From Macrostomum lignano (lineage: Eukaryota), in NCBI GenBank assembly GCA_002269645.1, contig NIVC01000536.1, positions 124,001-188,000 on the forward strand: DNA of 64,000 nt, in the 5' to 3' direction. The position numbers were made by a program, and so were the translations under genes. The notes beneath the pieces are model-generated. The model was not told the origin of the DNA, searched no databases, and worked only from the letters and a program-made list of their open reading frames with translations. How positions within the stretch are numbered: position 1 is the stretch's first letter; the number at the start of each line of letters is the position of its first letter. Of the stretch, positions 13,692 through 26,855 are shown one piece after another.

Positions 13692-16600
13692 TCAGTCGTT
13701 CGCCGACTGCTGAACAGCCGGCAGTATCAGCCGCCAGAAGCTCTCCATTGCGGCGGCCGCCTGCAGCTCTTCGAGGGCCTCCTTTGCCAGTTGCGGCTGC
13801 TGCTGAAGCTGCTGCTGCTGCTGCTGTAGCCCCGTAGTGGTGCCAACGCCCAGACCGGTGGAGCCCAGGTGTGAAAACAGGCTCAGGTAGTTGTGCAGGG
13901 CGAGCGCCTGCTGCAGTTGGCGAGTCTGCTGGCACAGAAGCTGCTGCTGCTGCTGCGATGAGCCGGGCGCCTGCGGTGGGCAGAACAAAGGTTGCTGAGC
14001 CGGCGGGAAGGGCAGCTGAGGCAGGTGCGGGTAGCCTGAGAATCCGGCGATGGGGCTGAGAGGCTGGGAGCCGGAACCGTCTGATTCTTCGGGCTCAGCC
14101 AAATTCTGAGTCTGCGGCTCCAGCGGCAGTGGCTGTGGCGGCGGAGGCTGCGGAGGCTGGATGGTCGGGCGATGAGGCGGCTTTCTTCTACGATGAGGCG
14201 CCTGATGCTGGGGCGGCTGCGGTTGCATCTGCGACTGAGGTGACAGCTTGGGAGTTCCGCTGCCCGCTGGTCGGTTGAGAATTGAGATCGATATGAGCAT
14301 TGAGTGCCACTATCCGATCCAATTGTGCCATCTGAGTGCCACTATCTGATCCAATTGTGCCATCTGAGTGCCACTATCTGATCCAATTGTGCCATCTGAG
14401 TGCCACTATCCGATCCAATTGTGCCATCTGAGTGCCACTATCTGATCCAATTGTGCCATCTGAGTGCCACTATCCGATCCAATTGTGCCATCTGAGTGCC
14501 ACTATCTGATCCAATTGTGCCATCTGAGTGCCACTATCCGATCCAATTATGCCATCTAAGTGCCACTATCCGATCCAATTATGCCATCTAAGTGCCACTA
14601 TCCGATCCAATTATGCCATCTAAGTGCCACTATCCGATCCAATTATGCCATCTAAGTGCCACTATCCGATCCAATTATGCCATCTAAGTGCCACTATCCG
14701 ATCTAATGATGCCATCTGAGTGCCACTATTTGATGTAATGATGCCATCTGAGTGCCACTATCCGATCTAAACTGGCATAGCAGTGTAAACTGGCATAGCA
14801 GTGTAAACTGGCATAGCAGTGCCACTATCCAATCTAAACTGGCATAGCAGTGCCACTATCCAATCTAAACTGGCATAGCAGTGCCACTATCCAATCTAAA
14901 CTGGCATAGCAGTGCCACTATCCAATCTAAACTGGCATAGCAGTGCCACTATCCAATCTAAACTGGCATAGCAGTGCCACTATTCGTCACTCACTTCTCG
15001 CCACCGCAGCGTCCTGCCCTGCCGAGTCAGCGAGTTTCCCAGTCGCAGCGGCCGCTCCCTGAACGCCGCCCTCTTGCTTTCGGCACTTGGCTCGCCTGTT
15101 CTGAAACCACACCTGTTCAGGTGAAGGTGGATTTATGTACAAACGTATTGGCATTCTTGAGACTACTAATAAAACTCGGGCATTAGGATAAAGTTGAGAG
15201 GTCGAGATTTATCTGCTAGTTTAAAATCAAATCGTATGTGACTAATGGCAGCCTGGAACCAGCAACTGAGGTGTCAGAGGCTCTAAACTGAGGTGTCAGA
15301 GGCTCCAAACTGAGGTGTCAGAGGCTCTAAACTGAGGTGTCAGAGGCTCTAAACTGAGGTGTCAGAGGCTCTAAACTGAGGTGTCAGAGGCTCTAAACTG
15401 AGGTGTCAGAGGCTCTAAACTGAGGTGTCAGAGGCTCCAAACTGAGGTGTCAGAGGCTCCACACTGAGGTGTCAGAGGCTCCACACTAAGTAATCAAGGA
15501 ATCAATTTCAGTGACTCAAATCAAGTGTCAGTGACTCAAAAAAGCGTCAGTGACTCAAATCAAGTTTCAGTGACTCAAATCAAGTGTCAGTGGCTCAAAT
15601 CAAGTGTCAGTGACTCAAATAAAGCGTCAGTGACTTAAATCAAGTGTCAGTGACTCAAATAAAGCGTCAGTGACTCAAATCAAGTGTCAGTGACTCAAAT
15701 CAAGTGTCAGTGACTCAAATCAAGTGTCAGTGACTCAAATCAAGTGTCAGTGACTCAAATCAAGTGTCAGTGACTCAAATCAAGTGTCAGTGACTCAAAT
15801 CAAGTGTCAGGGACTCCAGAGCGCAAAGCCACACCTACCTGGACGCGAGACTCAGACAGTCCGAGCCGATGGCTGAGTTCCTCTCGCATGAAGGCATCCG
15901 GGTAGTGAGTCTCCTCGAACAGCCGCTCGAGTTCGGTCAGCTGGTCCAAGGTAAAATTAGTTCGATTCCTTCGCGGTTTCGCCTTTGAGGCGGCTGCGGC
16001 GGCTGCGGCTGCGGTGACTGCGGCTGCGGTGACTGCAGGTTGCTGATGCTGAGCCATGGAGGCGTCGCGAGCTTGTAAAATGTTTAATTAGGCATTCAAA
16101 TTTCCGAAATCAGATCGGTAAGGATTTGAGGTCAAAGAAAGTTATAGAGAGGGCGAAGGGTGGGGTCACAGAGAGGGAGAGAGGGGTTCTCAGAGAGGGA
16201 GAGGGGAGTCACTGAGAGGGAGAGAGGGGTTCTCAGAGAGGGAGAGGGGAGTCACTGAGAGGGAGAGAGGGGTTCTCAGAGAGGGAAAGGGGGGTCACTG
16301 GGAGGGAGAGAGGGGGTCACTGAGAGGGAGAGAGGAGGTCACAGAGAGGGAGAGAGGGGGTCACAGAGAAGCGCAGTGGCAGAGAGATGGGCAGGGGGTC
16401 ATAAAGAGGGGGAAGTGTTCTCATAAGATAGAATGATCGCAGAGATATAACAAAGAGATAGAATGATCGCAGAGATATAACAAAGAGATAGAAGGATCGC
16501 AGAGATATAACAAAGAGATAGAAGGATCGCAGAGATATAACAAAGAGATAGAATGATCGCAAAGATATAACAAGAACTGGCAACTCACCATCGTACTCAG

Positions 16601-16712
16601 CACCTGAGCAGTTGTCAGCTGATGGGCAGAGTCGCAGGCGGCATGCAGCAGCTTCTTCGCCTTCATCAGCCGGCTTCGGGTCGCGAGGCTCAGGAGAACC
16701 CGACTCAGACAT
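13692..16712 (-). CDS. shox: SHOX/SHOX2-type paired-class (Q50) homeobox protein, ~349 aa; exons complement(16589..16712, 15839..16071, 14995..15112, 13692..14266)
   Basis: Homeodomain [46 protein letters not shown]|[14 protein letters not shown] matches the SHOX signature ([54 protein letters not shown]). The intron is at the canonical VQ|VW position. All introns are GT-AG with compatible phases (1,0,1) and total 1050 nt. The last exon (Q/P-rich) is the least certain. Confidence 0.9.
14300..14980. repeat. Two adjacent related arrays in SHOX intron 3: 32-bp (GAGTGCCACTATCCGATCCAATTGTGCCATCT)n then 31-bp (AAACTGGCATAGCAGTGCCACTATCCAATCT)n
   Basis: Directly visible; both share AGTGCCACTATCC. 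Confidence 0.93.
15265..15490. repeat. 22-bp tandem repeat (CTGAGGTGTCAGAGGCTCTAAA)n, SHOX intron 2
   Basis: Directly visible. Confidence 0.93.
15505..15792. repeat. 20-bp tandem repeat (GTGTCAGTGACTCAAATCAA)n, SHOX intron 2
   Basis: Directly visible; most units contain TGACTCA. Confidence 0.93.
16150..16575. repeat. GA-rich tandem units plus a 30-bp repeat (GAGATAGAATGATCGCAGAGATATAACAAA) x4-5, SHOX intron 1
   Basis: Directly visible. Confidence 0.85.
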
Positions 16713-17258
16713 CTGACCGACTCTCCTACCTGTGTGCCGCTGATTTGAAACCAATTTCCACTGTTGGATCGGCGAGCCGAGAATTAGCTGGGAGGAAAAC
16801 CGGCAGAAATGCTTGGAATTTTATTGCAAAAAAGCGGAGCCCGCCGACCCCCCCAAAACAGCGCGAATGGTCAGGCGTGGGGAGAACGAGAGAATAGTGG
16901 GGGGGAAGGGGGTTGCAGAGAGGGGGGTAAGGCAGCTTTTGGCTTTTCGTTGAGGCAAAAAAGCAAAAGGAATTAAAAGGAGGGAAAGTGTGTGTGTGTG
17001 TCTGTGTGTGTGTAAAGGGTTGTGGAGTGGCCGCCGTGTGAGCCTAGCGAGCGAGGCGAGCTGAAGCCGACGACTCTCTAATCAAGTTAATACAGCGCTG
17101 GGGAGAGGGACAGCTCAGAGCGGGGCCAATTGGTAAAATAATATGCGCTGCGGCGGTGGGGAGGCGGACAGGGAAAGCGATTGGGGAAGTAGAGACCGGA
17201 GCTCTTCGGTCAGCGGGACAATTTTTGGTATTAATTTCAGCCCTTTGACAAGCCACGT

Positions 17259-17268
17259 TAATTAATTA
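17259..17268. promoter_or_regulatory. Paired-class homeodomain dimer site P2 (TAATTAATTA) ~550 bp upstream of the SHOX ATG
   Basis: Exact TAAT-NN-ATTA match in a GC-rich upstream region; function inferred only. Confidence 0.3.
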
Positions 17269-18214
17269 AATAGCCCTATCGCTTGTCGCTTATCAAATTG
17301 ACCAGGCCGGGCTGGGGTGGCCGGGGGCTTAGGGGAGGCCCCACCCCGCCATCCCCGCTGCAATAACCGCGGCTGCCTCCCCACGGTCCCCCGGGAATGT
17401 GTTGAAGGGGAAATGGGGAGAGGGGGGCATCCGTCCCCCCCCTCTCTAGGCTGCTCTCCCCCCTGTGTGACTTCAGCCCGGCCCTCGCTCCCCATTGGAA
17501 ATTTGCCCCGGTTCGAATCCAAAGCCTTGGCTATAGAGCTTAATGCGCTGGAGGGCAGGCAGGGGGTATCGATTCTGCGCCCGGATCTGGGGGCGCCACC
17601 GACCCCGCCCTGTAATCCGCTGCCCATGCCCGCTGGAGCATCCCAAAATCGAAAGCCCCACCCAGTTCTGCTCCCTTCGCAATCGACTCCCACTAGCCCT
17701 CCGTCATCTCCCGCTATCCTCCCTGCTCACCCCAGCCCTGTTCTCCCGTTCTTTCCACTCCACACCCGCCACCCCATCTCCCAGCCCACCTCCACTTATC
17801 CCGCGGGTGACCTGCCTGCAATTCTTCTCCTAGACTCCGCGCGAGTCCCCTACCAATGCAGCTCCACCCGCCTGTTGCTCCTCAGCCCATCCATCCTTTC
17901 TTATCTGTCCCCCCTTCCCCAGCCTCTTCTTTCCCGCTAAATTTTTAAGCAACCATTGCAGGCGGGGCAAAAACTATCGAGAGCAAATAATTGTGCCATA
18001 ATCTGAGGGTTGTTAGTCAGTCAACGACACGCACACACACACGCTCTCTCCCTCTCTCCCCCTCTCTCTCACATTACTCTCTACCTCTACCTGTCTCTTT
18101 CGCTCTCTTTCCTAAAATATTTGCGTTTATAATAGCCCTGAGGAAGAAAATACAATATTCGAAAGATCGGCACTTTGCTTTTACATCTGTGTTACCTTGT
18201 CAGTTGCTTTGGGG

Positions 18215-18216
<2 letters not shown>

Positions 18217-18288
<72 letters not shown>
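18217..18288. repeat. (CT)n microsatellite
   Basis: Directly visible. Confidence 0.95.
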
Positions 18289-18290
<2 letters not shown>

Positions 18291-19789
18291 GCTCCTTGCT
18301 CTTGGCTTATTAAACCAGCTAAGAGGATCGCGCTCCCCCTATTTCAGCAAGGTTTCTATCATAGCCTAGGTAAGCCTAGCCTAGGGATTAGCCGTTAGCC
18401 GAGGTGACGACGACCTTTTGCTCCTCACGCTGCTGCTCTCCCCATGGGGACGGAGTGGGAGAGGCGAGGGGAGAGGGGAGGGGCGCAAATTACTTGGGCA
18501 AAGCCTCCCCTCGCAGATCCCCGATCTCTCTCATTAAGCACCGCCGCCCAGGCCGCCAAAAGCCGCTAGCCGAGTCACCAATGCACGCATTAGCCCTGCT
18601 TACTGATATATAGCAGGGGAGAGTCAACACAGGCGGCCCAGTACAATGCTTGCTCGCTTTTGAGAAACAGAAAGGCGGGGTGCTCGCGGGAGGGGAGGGG
18701 GATAAGGAGAAGGAGAGAAAGGGAAATAGGGATCTAACAGTCCCGAGGCGGAGAGACAAACACGCGGTGATATCCCGACAAAATGAAGGAGGCAGTTGAC
18801 TATTTTTGAATAATAGTTAATCTAAAATAATACTCGTTAATATACCACAGCTCCTGAGTTCGATTCCCGCGCAGTATTCGCTTCTTGTTCGGGATTCTAG
18901 TTCATAATTAATATTCGCAGGCACCCTGGCACAATGCCTTCGGCGTCACAACCAGCTGTGACGTCAGTCTTCCCATTCCGCTTGACTCCTGAGCACCATA
19001 CAAGCGCGCCAATACTGTACACAGGCAATAAACAATAAACAAAACAAATTCTGACACTGCTGCGCGGCAGTCGGGCCGGATAATAATCGCTGGCAAGGGG
19101 ATTAAAAAAGGGAAATCGGGGCCGGCTTAGGAAGGAAGAAGACGGTAGAAAGAGGGAACGGCAGAGCTGAAAGAGGGCGCGGCGCGGAGGGGGGTGGGTG
19201 CGGAAGAAGCCGAGAAAGCAGCGGATCTGAGAGAATCAAGGGCCTGCTTGAGACCGGATGGCTGAGACACCTGGCTTGCTGCTTCCCAGCCAGGTGCAGA
19301 GGCGGACTGGAAGGGGCGGATGACAAAATCGATGGCATTATGTTCGAGCGGGACGACATCGCCCACCTGGCGACGGGGGAGATTCGATCAACCAACTCCC
19401 CCGAGCAGCTTTGCACCTGTTTGGGCTGGAGGCTGGGGGGGGGGGTTGGAGCCCCCGGCTTCTGCTGTTAGCAGAGCGCGAGGGGAGGTCAGTGCTTTGC
19501 CTATCGTCTTTGCACACCTTTTCGATCTCTAATAATCCCTATGAGTTTATCTCCCGTCCGCGTTTTTCGCCCCTGAGGTCTTTTTTCATTCATCTACGAG
19601 AATTAGATGAGTAGCGCAGAGCCGAGGTCGGGGCTCAAATAGTATTTTTATCCAAATTGAGGCGTCTGAACTGGCTCGTGACTATTAATACAACCCAGAT
19701 GAGACAGATCCCATCTAGCCAGCTCTCGGGAACTCACTTTGAGGTGCAAGGGAAATATTAAAAAACTATCTTATATGTATTTATCCAAG

Positions 19790-22090
19790 TGAGAGACTGA
19801 GATCTAAGTGAGACAGGCTGAGATCTAAGTGAGAGACTGAGATCCAAGTGAGACAGGCTGAGATCTAAGTGAGAGACTGAGATCCAAGTGAGACAGACTG
19901 AGATCCAAGTGAGACAGATTGAGATCTAAGTGAGAGACTGAGATTCAAGTGAGACAGACTGAGATCCAGGTGAGACAGACTGATATCTAAGTAAGAGACT
20001 GAGATCCAAGTGAAAGACTGAGATCTAAGTGACACAGACTGAGATCCAAGTGAGACTGATTGAGATCTAAGTGAGAGACTGAGATCCAGGTGAGACAGAC
20101 TGAGATCTAAGTGAGACAGATTAAGATCTAAGTGAGAGACTGAGATCCAAGTGAGAGACTGAGATCCAAGTGAGAGACTGAGATCTAAGTGAAACAGATT
20201 GAGATCTAAGTGAGAGACTGAGATCCAAGTGAGACTGATTGAGATCTAAGTGAGAGACTGAGATCCAAGTGAAAGACTGAGATCCAAGTGAGAGACTGAG
20301 ATCCAAGTGAGACAGGCTGAGATCTAAGTGAGAGACTGAGATCCAAGTGAGACAGGCTGAGATCTAAGTGAGAGACTGAGATCCAAGTGAGACAGACTGA
20401 GATCCAAGTGAGACAGATTGAGATCTAAGTGAGAGACTGAGATCCAAGTGAGACAGACTGAGATCCAGGTGAGACAGACTGATATCTAAGTAAGAGACTG
20501 AGATACAAGTGAAAGACTGAGATCTAAGTGACACAGACTGAGATCCAAGTGAGACTGATTGAGATCTAAGTGAGAGACTGAGATCCAAGTGAAAGACTGA
20601 GATCCAAGTGAGAGACTGAGATCTAAGTGACACAGACTGAGATCCAAGTGAGACTGATTGAGATCTAAGTGAGACAGATTGAGATCTAAGTGAGAGACTG
20701 AGATCCAAGTGAGACAGACTGAGATCCAGGTGAGACAGACTGAGATCCAAGTAAGAGACTGAGATCAAAGTGAGAGACTGAGATCCAAGTGAGAGACTGA
20801 GATCCAAGTGAGAGACTGAGATCTAAGTGACACAGACTGAGATCCAGGTGAGACAGCCTGAGATCCAAGTGAGAGACTGAGCTCCAAGTGAGACAGACTG
20901 AGATCCAAGTGAGACAAATTGAGATCTAAGTGAGAGACTGAGATCCAAGTGAGACAGACTGAGATCCAGGTGAGACAGACTGATATCTAAGTAAGAGACT
21001 GAGATACAAGTGAAAGACTGAGATCTAAGTGACACAGACTGAGATCCAAGTGAGACTGATTGAGATCTAAGTGAGAGACTGAGATCCAAGTGAAAGACTG
21101 AGATCCAAGTGAGAGACTGAGATCTAAGTGACACAGACTGAGATCCAAGTGAGACTGATTGAGATCTAAGTGAGACAGATTGAGATCTAAGTGAGAGACT
21201 GAGATCCAAGTGAGACAGACTGAGATCCAGGTGAGACAGACTGAGATCCAAGTAAGAGACTGAGATCAAAGTGAGAGACTGAGATCCAAGTGAGAGACTG
21301 AGATCCAAGTGAGAGACTGAGATCTAAGTGACACAGACTGAGATCCAGGTGAGACAGCCTGAGATCCAAGTGAGAGACTGAGCTCCAAGTGAGACAGACT
21401 GAGATCCAAGTGAGACAAATTGAGATCTAAGTGAGAGACTGAGATCCAAGTGAGACAGACTGAGATCCAGGTAAGACAGACTGAGATCCAAGTAAGAGAC
21501 TGAGATCCAAGTGAGAGACTGAGATCCAAGTGAGAGACTGAGATCCAAGTGACACAGACTGAGATCCAAGTGAGACTGAGTGAGATCTAAGTGAGACAGA
21601 CTGAGATCTAAGTGAGACAGATTGAGATCTAAGTGAGAGACTGAGATCTAAGTGACAAAGACTGAGATCCAAGTGAGACTGATTGAGATCTAAGTGAAAC
21701 AGATTGAGATCTAAGTGAGACAGATTGAGATCTAAGTGAAACAGACTGAGATCCAAGTGAGACTGATTGAGATCTAAGTGAGACAGACTGAGATCTAAGT
21801 GAGACAGATTGAGATCTAAGTGAGAGACTGAGATCCAAGTGAGACAGACTGAGATCCAGGTGAGACAGACTGAGATCTAAGTGACACAGACTGAGATCAA
21901 AGAGTGAGACTGAGTGAGATCTAAGTGAGACAGACTGAGATCTAAGCGAGACAGACTGAGATCTAAGTGAGACAGACTGAGATCTAAGTGAAACAGATTG
22001 AGATCTAAGTGAGAGACTGAGATCTAAGTGACAAAGGCTGAGATCCAAGTGAGACGAATTGAGAATTAATTGAGATAGATTGAGATCTCA
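19790..22090. repeat. 19-21-bp satellite (AGACTGAGATCCAAGTGAG[AC])n with ~500-bp higher-order period
   Basis: Array directly visible; the variant TGATATCTAAGTAAG recurs at ~19981, 20480 and 20981. Confidence 0.95.
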
Positions 22091-22564
22091 GTTGAGATGG
22101 ATTGAAATTTAAGATTTAGAGAAGTCATAAGGTTCGACAGAGAAAGAGTGGCTGAGGGTGACTGAGACACAGCAAAGGGAAAATGAGGCACAGCACGGCC
22201 TCCCAGTGCACGGCAGGGCCAAGTTAAAATTTGATCCAGACAGAGCCCTTCCTCCGCAAATGCTCAGCAAATTGCTTGGATCTCCGGTCATAAGCAGAAG
22301 ACCGGTGCGGCTAAGGGAAACAGATTTGCCGAACTCGACAGGGGGAGGGGCGGAATTGGGGAGCGGATATCTCCCGCTGCACCTGTTGGATTCGCAAGCA
22401 GTCGTGGGGCGCAAGGATTCCCTTTTCCAGGAAAGCTGCAGATCGGAGCAGCCAGCCACCCCCAGGCAATGGGAGCTCACGATTCCGACTCGGATTTCAA
22501 ATGCATTGAATGGCTTGGAAAAACTGGGAGGGAACGAGTTTGAATGGAATAACGCTTGTTTTCC

Positions 22565-22955
22565 TAATAGACACCCAACTCACTCCCTGTCCTCAAGACA
22601 CCCACCCCACTCCTTGCCCGCGAGACACCAACCTCACTCCCCGACCCCGAGACTCGCTGCAGCCAAGACACCCACCTCCCTCCCTGGTTCCGAGCCACCC
22701 ACCTCCCTCCCTGGTTCCAAGCCACCCACCTCCTTCCCTGGTTCCGAGCCACCCACCTCCCTCCCTGGTTCCGAGCCACCCACCTCCCTCCCTGGTTCCA
22801 AGCCACCCACCTCCTTCCCTGGTTCCGAGCCACCCACCTCCCTCCCTGGTTCCGAGCCACTCACCTCAGTCCCTGCCTCCGTGACACCCATCTCACTCCC
22901 TTGCGCCCAAGACACCCACCTCACTCCCTTGCGCCCAAGACACCCACCTCACTCC
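22565..22955. repeat. 27-bp repeat (CCACCCACCTCCCTCCCTGGTTCCGAG)n nested in CAAGACACCCACCTCACTCCC-type units
   Basis: Directly visible; the flanking unit is the same family as the 23.8-kb array. Confidence 0.88.
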
Positions 22956-23161
22956 ACTTGCTTAAATTTAGGGCAGTCTAGGGAATCAGATCAGTTTTTA
23001 AGCCTCATTACTAGGCATAAAATTTTAAGCGTCCATCGAGAACAAGCCAGCAGAGCAACTGTATTATTATCAAGTATATTTTGTTTTCCAGCTCGAGCTG
23101 AATTAGGAGCAGCATCGAGCGGCACTCGCAGGTCAGGACGCCGTCGGAGTCCCCAGTCGCC

Positions 23162-23172
23162 TAATTAAATTA
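23162..23172. promoter_or_regulatory. Paired-class homeodomain dimer site P3 (TAATTAAATTA)
   Basis: Exact TAAT-NNN-ATTA match within a cluster of TAATTA/TAATTG motifs ~6.5 kb upstream of SHOX. Confidence 0.3.
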
Positions 23173-23754
23173 CAAGCAGGCGAGCCAATTAATTGTGTTT
23201 GCCCATTCTGTTTAATCAAAAATTCACCCTCTCTCTACTGCTGACACTCGGCTCTGGACTGAAGAGAGAGCGAGTAGGCCGGAGAAGAGAGGGTGAAAGT
23301 GGACAAGTTCCTCGTGCTGGTGGGAGGGTAAAGCAAGTACTTCGACTCCTACCATTCCTTTCTCCGCGGAACTCGAGAGCCAGCGAACATTAATTAGCCT
23401 GAGCAAGAGGGGAGCACACAGACGGCGAGATAGCAGCGGCAAACGAGATATTCGATTGAGTTTTAGTTCCTATGTGGTTATTATTTGCAAATTCAGAATA
23501 TTGCAGAGTGACGCTATTAGGCATCCAGATCAAATAAATAAGACTGCTTTTTGGCAAGGAACTCGGCATTTTGGCGGCACCATGCACTATATGTAGGGGA
23601 GGGTTGATGAACAGTCGAATTTAATATAGTGGTAGATTAGAAAGAATTAACGTCATTTTAGCAATTGGAGACAACCGTCATTTAAATACACCAGTTCTGG
23701 CTTTAATGAGGCAACCAAACCACGTAACTCACTCCCTCTGTCTCAGACAGACGG

Positions 23755-24065
23755 CTCGCTCCCTACCTCCGAGACACTCACCTCACTCCCTCGCGCCCAA
23801 GACACCCACCTCACTCCCTCGCGCCCAAGACACCCACCTCACTCCCTCGCGCCCAAGACACCCACCTCACTCCCTCGCGCCCAAGACACACACCTCACTC
23901 CCTCGCGCCCAGGACACCCACCTCACTCCCTCGCGCCCAAGACACCCACCTCACTCCCTCACGCCCAAGACACACACCTCACTCCCTCGCGCCCAGGACA
24001 CCCACCTCACTACTTTGCGCCCAGGACACACACCTCACTACTTTGCGCCCAAGACACCTATCCTA
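23755..24065. repeat. 28-bp tandem repeat (GCGCCCAAGACACCCACCTCACTCCCTC)n
   Basis: Directly visible, ~10 copies. Confidence 0.92.
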
Positions 24066-25957
24066 CTCCCCGCCACAGAATCACCAACCCCAACTGGCTG
24101 GTGTGCATTTTCTTAAAACGTAGAACACTTCCCGGTCCCTAAGAAATGCAAACTGATTATTCATGAAAACGCCGCAGTACAATTTGATCCCAGAAATTAG
24201 GCGTGCAAAGGAGCAGAGAAAGAACCCAGGGGTGCTCCGGAATTGAATTTTTACGATCCCATATAGCAAAGCTGCACCCACCTCTTGCGCAGTTCGTGTT
24301 TCGGCTACCCAAAATGGCTTCTCAGGCCTGGTAGGAGGGTGGGCACATAAATTAAGGCACGATTTGCTTCGTGCTCTTGACAGGCAAGATTAAGCTTTCT
24401 CCTCTTTCGCGGGAGAAATTCTTGAGCTCCCCCATATACTTGGATTGCTGCTTCCTTCAGCAGGCCCCCCTAATCCTATTACAGCCCGAATGCTGCGTGC
24501 AACTGGGGTAGCTGGAGTTGAGGTGGCCGACCGTCAGCCAATTTGCTGTTTTTTTCACCCGCAAGACTGACCCAGTGGCTAAACTTCTTTTTTTGCTTTC
24601 ATTTCATTTCGTTAAGTAAAATACACACGCGCGCGCGAGATTCGGGGGCCGGGGGGGGAGTGGGGGATAAAATTAGGGTTCCGAGATTTCCTCCCGCCTG
24701 ACCTTGGCCGGGTATTAATCCAATCCGATCTGGAAATTTTATTTGATCGATTTGCGCTGCGCCGAGGGGGAAGAATCGCGAGCTGACGTCACGCTGGATT
24801 TCACACTAAACAGGGGGACACGAGCCGCGCGCATTTATTGATCGGGTGGGACTTTGGTGAGGGGGGCGGCTAGAGGGCGCAGGCCGGAGGTTATGGCCCC
24901 GCCCCGAGCGCACAGTTCCTTAATTGCCCGCCCAATATTTCTCACACCTAAATCATCCCTTATAGAGAGAGCTGAACCCAAGCCCAGCTCTCGCAGGCCT
25001 TCTGCGTGATTAAGCAACGCGCATGGAGTGAGCGGGCGGCCCCCGCCCCGCGACCTTCTTTCCTTCCTAAATTAGCGGCGCGATACCTCCGATTCTGCCT
25101 GCAGGCCTCCAGCGATTGGGGGGGGGATATTGAGCTCAGGCAGCTCAGCAAGACGGGACCGGGAGCGATGATGGGTTTGGAATTAAGCCAACCCCCCCTC
25201 CCAATTAAAAAAGGCCGAAATTTTCGCACTTCTGATGATAAGTGCCTCTCCCTCTGCCCTTCTCTTAAAAAAGAAGTAATTGCAGGATGAATAGGGTTTA
25301 GAGTTCCCAGCCCATCTCACCCCATGCTTTAGAGTAGCGCCCATCATCCATTAGGCTCGGTAATTCGCACCCTGCTCGTGTTGCATTTCGGCCTAATTGC
25401 GGCGTCCAATTTGTGATTTCTTAAAAACTGAAGCCCACTGGAAATTTAAGCAAGCAAATTTAACAGTGAATAATAAAATGCAATTTTCACATTTTACACT
25501 CTCAGTCTCATTAAGCGCAGACAGGCTTGATTAGCTGCTTTATTTAAATTCATCAAACGTCCAGTTCTCTGTACTACTTCAAATAAGCAGTAGTATCTAG
25601 CGGGCTGAGAGAAATTTCAGATCTTTTGAAAAATTAAATAAATACTTGAATTAATAAGCAACGATTGCATCGAACAAATAATAAGTTTTCAGAGCAGAAT
25701 GATTCGTGCAGCAGGCTCGCTGGTTTGCTTAGTTATGATTTGCAAAAGAACACAATCATTGTAAGTCAAATATGACAGCGAAATGACTAAGAGATGTAAA
25801 AAACAATATAATTTATAGCCTAAAGTGTTAAAACAAATACTTATTTTGATGCCTGATATCAACAAAAAGTTATAAAGCTAATTTTTCTGCTATTTCGGTG
25901 CAGGATTCGATATATTTGGTAAGAAAAAATATTTTTGTCTAATTTATTAGCTGATAC

Positions 25958-26135
25958 GTACATTGATTCTATTTTTAGAACGCCCACTGAATGGATTCGA
26001 TGGTGCGTACATTGATTCTATTTTTAGAACGCCCACTGAATGGATTCGATGGTGCGTACATTGATTCTATTTTTAGAACGCCCACTGAATGGATTTAATG
26101 GTGCGTACATTGGTTCTATTTTTAGAACACCACTA
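25958..26135. repeat. ~49-bp repeat x3-4 (TACATTGATTCTATTTTTAGAACGCCCACTGAATGGATTCGATGGTGCG)
   Basis: Directly visible. Confidence 0.9.
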
Positions 26136-26694
26136 AATGGACTCGCTGGTGTGTAGCTTGATCTAATATACTAACCCTTGGGAATTATTGCAAATTTTTA
26201 ATTTGCAAAAACGACCTTATAAATTAATTAGCATATTATTACAAGCGTAACGTAGCGTAAAATTGCGGATTGAGATGCAGAAAGCTTGTTTCTTATCATG
26301 TGAGGATGACTTACAACAAAGTAAAATACATTTGAGACTTGATTAAGCGTCAAGCAGCAACATATAAGCACTTTCTATGCAACTAGGATGTGTTAATAAA
26401 ACAGAGTCGAAAACCATTAAAATATTGAATACACGACCCATTAAAAAGTAACAAAACGATTTTAAAAAACCTTTAATAGTGACTTCTGATGAAGGGGAGA
26501 GTCAACAAGTACGAGTATAAGTGCATCAAACGATAAAAGCATCAATCATTCTTACATTTGCTACATAGTTTTAACTTCAACCATTGTTATTGATTTTTAC
26601 TGATGAACAATTCAAGGACAAACCGGTCACAATGCAAACCATCAATGTTATATACACGGCTGCGCTGAATGGGTTTGCGATGATTGACTGCTGC

Positions 26695-26855
26695 TAACCT
26701 AAACCCAAACCTAAACCCAAACCTAACCTAAACCCAAACCTAAACCCAAACCCAAACCCAAACCTAAACCCAAACCTAAACCCAAACCCAAATCCAAACC
26801 AAACCTAAACCCAAACCCAAACCGAAAGCTAAACCCAAACCCTAACCTAAAGCTC
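26695..26855. repeat. Interstitial telomere-like hexamer tract (AAACCT/AAACCC)n
   Basis: Mixed CCTAAA/CCCAAA units ~130-290 bp past the zinc-finger gene stop. Confidence 0.85.

Noticed and set aside
18840-18880. tRNA B-box-like GAGTTCGATTCCC
   Set aside because: No A-box, acceptor stem or cloverleaf around it.
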